DNA from: Podarcis vaucheri
Lineage: Eukaryota
NCBI GenBank assembly: GCA_965113315.1
Contig: OZ220363.1
Direction: 5' to 3' (one strand)
Length of the DNA: 64,000 nt
Part shown: positions 63,620-64,000 of the stretch, one piece after another
Position numbering within the stretch: position 1 is the stretch's first letter
Layout: every line of letters starts with the position of its first letter
Made by a program: the position numbers and the translations under genes
The notes under the pieces: generated by a model
Seen by the model: only the letters and a program-made list of their open reading frames with translations
What the model was told of the DNA's origin: nothing
Database searches by the model: none

Positions 63620-63673
63620 TGCTCTTTGGCCTGGCTGCAGTGCCCTGCTGGCAACCAGGCGTTGGCTTTTACC
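63608..63673 (-). promoter_or_regulatory. Predicted -1 programmed ribosomal frameshift signal (slippery heptamer plus H-type pseudoknot)
   Basis: G_GUA_AAA in the gag frame (63673-63667), 6-nt spacer, stem 1 GCCUGGUUGC/GCAGCCAGGC, stem 2 GGGCACU/AGUGCCC. Pol lies in the -1 frame. Confidence 0.8.
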
Positions 63674-63999
63674 TGCTCCGTTTCTCCCTGCTCTTCCCCC
63701 TCAACAGTTCCCACCATCCCTTGCCATTCCTTCCTCTGGGGGCAGACTCTGGCAAAGTGGCCTGGCTGTTGGCAGAGATAGCATTTCCGGGGTCCCTTTC
63801 CCTCCTTCTTCGCCCCCTCACTGGGCTTTGAAACTGCGCGCGCGCGGGCTGTTCCGATTTCCATCGGCTCTGCCGGCGGGAAAGCTGGCTCAGGAATGTC
63901 TGGAATGCGTAACTCCTTCCAACGTTCCCCTCTCCCTTCCCGCCTCTCCAAGGCTCTTGCCTCCTGGCGCGCTCCAATGGTCAGCGCAGATTTGGTCAG
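63616..63999 (-). CDS. gag: Gypsy Gag C-terminus (partial; runs off window edge)
   Basis: The frame is open to the window edge and contains an EPMEIG motif and the zinc knuckle CYLCQQPGHFARVC (CX2CX4HX4C). Confidence 0.93.
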   Translation of the reverse strand: MTKSALTIGARQEARALERREGRGERWKELRIPDIPEPAFPPAEPMEIGTARARAVSKPSEGAKKEGKGPRKCYLCQQPGHFARVCPQRKEWQGMVGTVEGEEQGETEQVKANAWLPAGHCSQAKEQ

Positions 64000-64000
64000 C

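Larger units (their letters stand above)
59553..64000 (-). mobile_element. Ty3/Gypsy LTR retrotransposon (chromovirus, Sushi-like); 5' part lies outside the window
   Basis: Order is gag CCHC knuckle, PR-RT-RH-IN-chromodomain, polypurine tract, 3' LTR. It is GC- and CpG-rich compared with the flanking intron. Confidence 0.97.

Overview
Vertebrate genomic DNA, most likely a lacertid lizard (inferred from Sauria-type and Squam3-like SINEs). The window holds the 3' half of the neuronal kinase gene BRSK2 (SAD-A) on the minus strand. I traced eight internal coding exons with GT-AG boundaries and mutually consistent phases, from a 66-nt cassette exon at 58116-58181 through the KA1-region exons, followed by three alternative terminal acceptors (GSPL..., DEKN..., GIIPKS) and 3' UTR running off the left edge. 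One exon has an in-frame 135-codon Pro/Ser-rich 5' extension behind its own acceptor. The introns contain TA-flanked Tc1/mariner-pogo MITEs, SINEs, L2, CR1 and Penelope fragments, a 153-N gap and an apparently exact 1058-bp tandem duplication. The right end (59553-64000) is an apparently intact Ty3/Gypsy chromovirus in the same orientation as BRSK2. It has a gag-pol -1 frameshift signal (G_GUA_AAA plus H-type pseudoknot). Its pol ORF continues past the chromodomain through two acidic FxGF-type motifs and reads about 116 codons into the 3' LTR. The motifs resemble the LEDGF-IBD/TND-binding motifs of host transcription elongation proteins, and this possible host-mimicking integrase tether is the most interesting observation. 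All family assignments are from memory and manual reading; no searches were run. Coordinates of degenerate repeats are approximate.
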